Position numbers and translations under genes: made by a program. Under the pieces are notes generated by a model that did no database searches, had not been told where the DNA came from, and saw nothing but the letters and a program-made list of their open reading frames with translations. DNA of 64,000 nt. It comes from Myxococcota bacterium (GTDB taxonomy: Bacteria; Myxococcota_A; UBA9160; SZUA-336). Below, piece after piece: positions 61,613 through 64,000 of this stretch; the stretch's first letter is position 1; every line of letters starts with the position of its first letter. The stretch is from positions 1,280,001-1,344,000 of the forward strand of contig CBDFGR010000002.1 of assembly GCA_965247115.1 (NCBI GenBank), read 5' to 3'.

Positions 61613-62302
61613 TCAATCCGGCAAGAGGCCGCGCAGCATGAACTCGATCGCGGTGTCCCGCGCCACGTCGTCAGCAAAGCGCTGCGAGGGATCCCACTTG
61701 ATGTGCATGGCCCAGGTCGCAATGGTCTCGATCACGATGCGGCCCGCCACCCGTACGTCGCGCAGCGGACGCAAGACCCCCCTGCTGGTCCTCGACTCGA
61801 GGTACGCGGTGACGCGGTCCCGCCCGGCGGCACGGCCCGATTTCTGCCACACGGGCCCGAGCTCGGGGTGATCGGAGCAGCGGTCGAGCAGCTTGATCCC
61901 TGTCTGGTGCCGCTCGATGACGGAGTACTGCTCGCGCAAGACTGCCTCCAGCTCGGTCCTCGCGTCGCCTCCGGACTCTTGCCGAAGAGCTTTGGAGAGG
62001 GCCGGAAGCTCGCCTTCAGCGGCGAGCTCCCGCTGTACACGACGCAGCAGCTCGCCCGGTTCCGGAGTGGGCACCGGAAGTCGAGCGGGCTGCACGACCC
62101 GACCGGGACGATCCGCGTGCGCCAAGCACAGGCCGAACAGAGCCTCCTTGCTCTCGACGTAGCCGTACAATGTGCCCTTTGCCACGCCAAGCGCCTCGGC
62201 GACATCCGCCATCTGGGTGTGACGGTAGCCGCGCGCAATGAAGACCTCGGTCGCGGTTCGCACGAGACCGTCGAAGCGGTGTTCCGGGATCCTACGAGCC
62301 AT
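61613..62302 (-). CDS. TetR-family regulator
   Basis: MADVAEALGVAKGTLYGYVESKEALF. Confidence 0.9.
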   Translation of the reverse strand: MARRIPEHRFDGLVRTATEVFIARGYRHTQMADVAEALGVAKGTLYGYVESKEALFGLCLAHADRPGRVVQPARLPVPTPEPGELLRRVQRELAAEGELPALSKALRQESGGDARTELEAVLREQYSVIERHQTGIKLLDRCSDHPELGPVWQKSGRAAGRDRVTAYLESRTSRGVLRPLRDVRVAGRIVIETIATWAMHIKWDPSQRFADDVARDTAIEFMLRGLLPD

Positions 62303-62948
62303 GGCCAGTCGCCGGAGACGCGTCCGGCGCGAAGATCTGAAAGCTCTGGGTGAGCAGGTAGTCATAGCCCGCGACGAGCTGGTAGCCGGCCTCGGCCATC
62401 TCCGCGACCATCTGGTCGACATTGCTCCAGTGGTCCTGCGTGACCATCCACCCAGTGATGCCCGTCAGGTCGTCCCGATCGTCGAGGTGGGCCACGCGGC
62501 CGCGCGGGCTCAGATCCGTCCTCACCCGGGCGAAGTAGGCGATGCGATCGTCGATGTGGTGGTACGTCAGGCAGGTGAGGACGAGGTCGATCTTCTCGTC
62601 CGGCAGCAGCGGATCGTGGAACTCGCCGAGGACGACCTCTACGTTCTCGAGCCCTTCGCGCTGCACGGTCGCGTGAAGGGAGTCGATCTTCTCGGCATCC
62701 ACCTCCACGGCATAGACACGGCCTGTGGGGCCGACCGCTTCCGAGAGCCAGGGCAGGAAGTAGCCATCGCCCGCCCCGATGTCCGCGACACGGTCGCCCG
62801 ATCGGATCTCCAGCGACTGGACGACGCGCTCGGGGTGTTGCCAGCCATCCCTCCCGGAGGTGGCGACTCGAAGCAGGTCCACTTTCCCGCCACAGCCCAG
62901 GAAGGCCAGAGTCAGGAGCAGGGAGATCGGTTGGGCAAGTGCTCGCAT
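62292..62948 (-). CDS. Class I SAM-dependent methyltransferase with lipoprotein-like signal
   Basis: FLGC; ADIGAGDGYF; VYAVEV; RBS AGGAGG. Confidence 0.88.
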   Translation of the reverse strand: MRALAQPISLLLTLAFLGCGGKVDLLRVATSGRDGWQHPERVVQSLEIRSGDRVADIGAGDGYFLPWLSEAVGPTGRVYAVEVDAEKIDSLHATVQREGLENVEVVLGEFHDPLLPDEKIDLVLTCLTYHHIDDRIAYFARVRTDLSPRGRVAHLDDRDDLTGITGWMVTQDHWSNVDQMVAEMAEAGYQLVAGYDYLLTQSFQIFAPDASPATGHGS

Positions 62949-62993
62949 CGTGAGGTCTCCTCCTGATTGCCTCGCGAGCAAGGCTATGATAAC

Positions 62994-63008
62994 TGACCGA
63001 GTCGGTCA
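62994..63008. promoter_or_regulatory. Perfect palindrome, probable TetR operator
   Basis: TGACCGA-G-TCGGTCA upstream of the methyltransferase-tetR pair. Confidence 0.7.
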
Positions 63009-63055
63009 ATAATTAGGCCTAGCCTCGCTTCTTGAGGCGGGTACCCTGACGCCGC

Positions 63056-63562
63056 GTGATCTACATCTGCAGCCTCGAGGAGATGCCGTACCACGTGCGC
63101 TCACTGCGAGCGGGCTACCTGGTCTCGCTCGTTCAGGCCGCGTTCCAACCTCCCACCCCTCCGGAAATCAAGGTCGACCGGCACCTCCGGATCCCGGTCG
63201 ACGACGTCTCGGTCCGCACGGACGGATGGGTCACCCCGGAGGAAGCTCACGTGGAGTCCCTGATCGCCTTCCTGCGCAGCTGGCCGGCAGACGAGCCACT
63301 CGTCATCCACTGCTACGCGGGTGTGAGTCGTTCGATGGCCGGCGGTCTGATCGCCCTAACACTCGACGCTGAGGGCCGGGAAGAGGAGGCGGCCCGAGTC
63401 CTGCGGGAGGCCGCGCCACATGCCCTACCGAACGCGCGCATCATTGCGCTCGCGGATCGAATCCTGGACCGTCAGGGCCGACTCGTGGCCGCGCGGGACA
63501 GCATGGGTCCCGCAACGCCGGTCACGGAGGGGCCGCTCGTCGAGCTCGTGCCCCTTCGCTAG
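63056..63562 (+). CDS. Protein-tyrosine phosphatase-like protein
   Basis: HCYAGVSRS CX5R loop. Confidence 0.88.
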   Translation: MIYICSLEEMPYHVRSLRAGYLVSLVQAAFQPPTPPEIKVDRHLRIPVDDVSVRTDGWVTPEEAHVESLIAFLRSWPADEPLVIHCYAGVSRSMAGGLIALTLDAEGREEEAARVLREAAPHALPNARIIALADRILDRQGRLVAARDSMGPATPVTEGPLVELVPLR

Positions 63563-63652
63563 CTGGCTCAGCTCCCGTTTGATTCGATGATGTGACCGGG
63601 CCCGTCCCGTAGCCGGCGCGGCCTTCAGCACCGGCGTAGCGGCACCGAAGAG

Positions 63653-64000
63653 ATGGGCATGGCAAGGCAGCTCGCTGCTGTCGGATTCCTGGCTTGCGCG
63701 CTGCTGATGCCCGCGCTGTGCGAGGCGCTCTGCCTCTTGCCCGAGCCTGCGATGACCCCGGAGCACTGCCACGAGGGTCCCGCACCGGCCAGCACACCCG
63801 CACCAGAGTCCGAGCACTCGGACTGCTGCAATGAGGTGGTATTTGTCGGGTCATCCGCTCCTCCCGAGCTCCGCTCCTTTGCGCCGCTTCTCGCTGCGGC
63901 CTTCCCGCTCGACCAGCTGGAGGTCGACCGGCAGGCGCCGCTGGCCCGCCTCCCGAGGCCACCCGACGGAGCAAACTCGCCCTACGTGCGCGTGAACCCG
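63653..64000 (+). CDS. Small Cys/His-rich exported protein (partial)
   Basis: Manual translation MGMARQLAAVGFLACALL...CEALC...EHCH...HSDCC...RPP, open to the window end. Confidence 0.5.
   Translation, partial: MGMARQLAAVGFLACALLMPALCEALCLLPEPAMTPEHCHEGPAPASTPAPESEHSDCCNEVVFVGSSAPPELRSFAPLLAAAFPLDQLEVDRQAPLARLPRPPDGANSPYVRVNP

Overview
High-GC bacterial DNA; gene content suggests a Myxococcota/deltaproteobacterial-type organism (inference). The window has two parts. (1) ~1-32 kb is accessory patchwork: intact catabolic genes (amidohydrolases, luciferase-like monooxygenases, dehydrogenases, a TonB-dependent receptor) among many truncated fragments; IS630, IS91/ISCR, IS3 and IS256 elements or remnants; an IS110/IS1111 element; an RHS polymorphic toxin-immunity cluster; and two prophage remnants. 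(2) ~32-64 kb is mostly intact housekeeping and signalling genes (CitE/MaoC/Mcl lyase cluster split by an IS5, ilvBN, class I fumarase, asnS, adenylate cyclase, EAL-HDOD, DUF1800/DUF1501, SulP, TetR). Highlights: (a) the IS1111 bridge RNA can be read directly, and its guides match its own insertion site, which appears to be the oriIS end of the neighbouring ISCR element; (b) two peroxiredoxin-like genes have an in-frame UGA (W-U-P-Y-C) followed by the same compact hairpin; (c) a duplicated toxin-immunity pair differs mostly at non-synonymous sites; (d) many genes show a leaderless promoter layout. No tRNA, rRNA or CRISPR array was seen. All family assignments are by eye; no database search was run.
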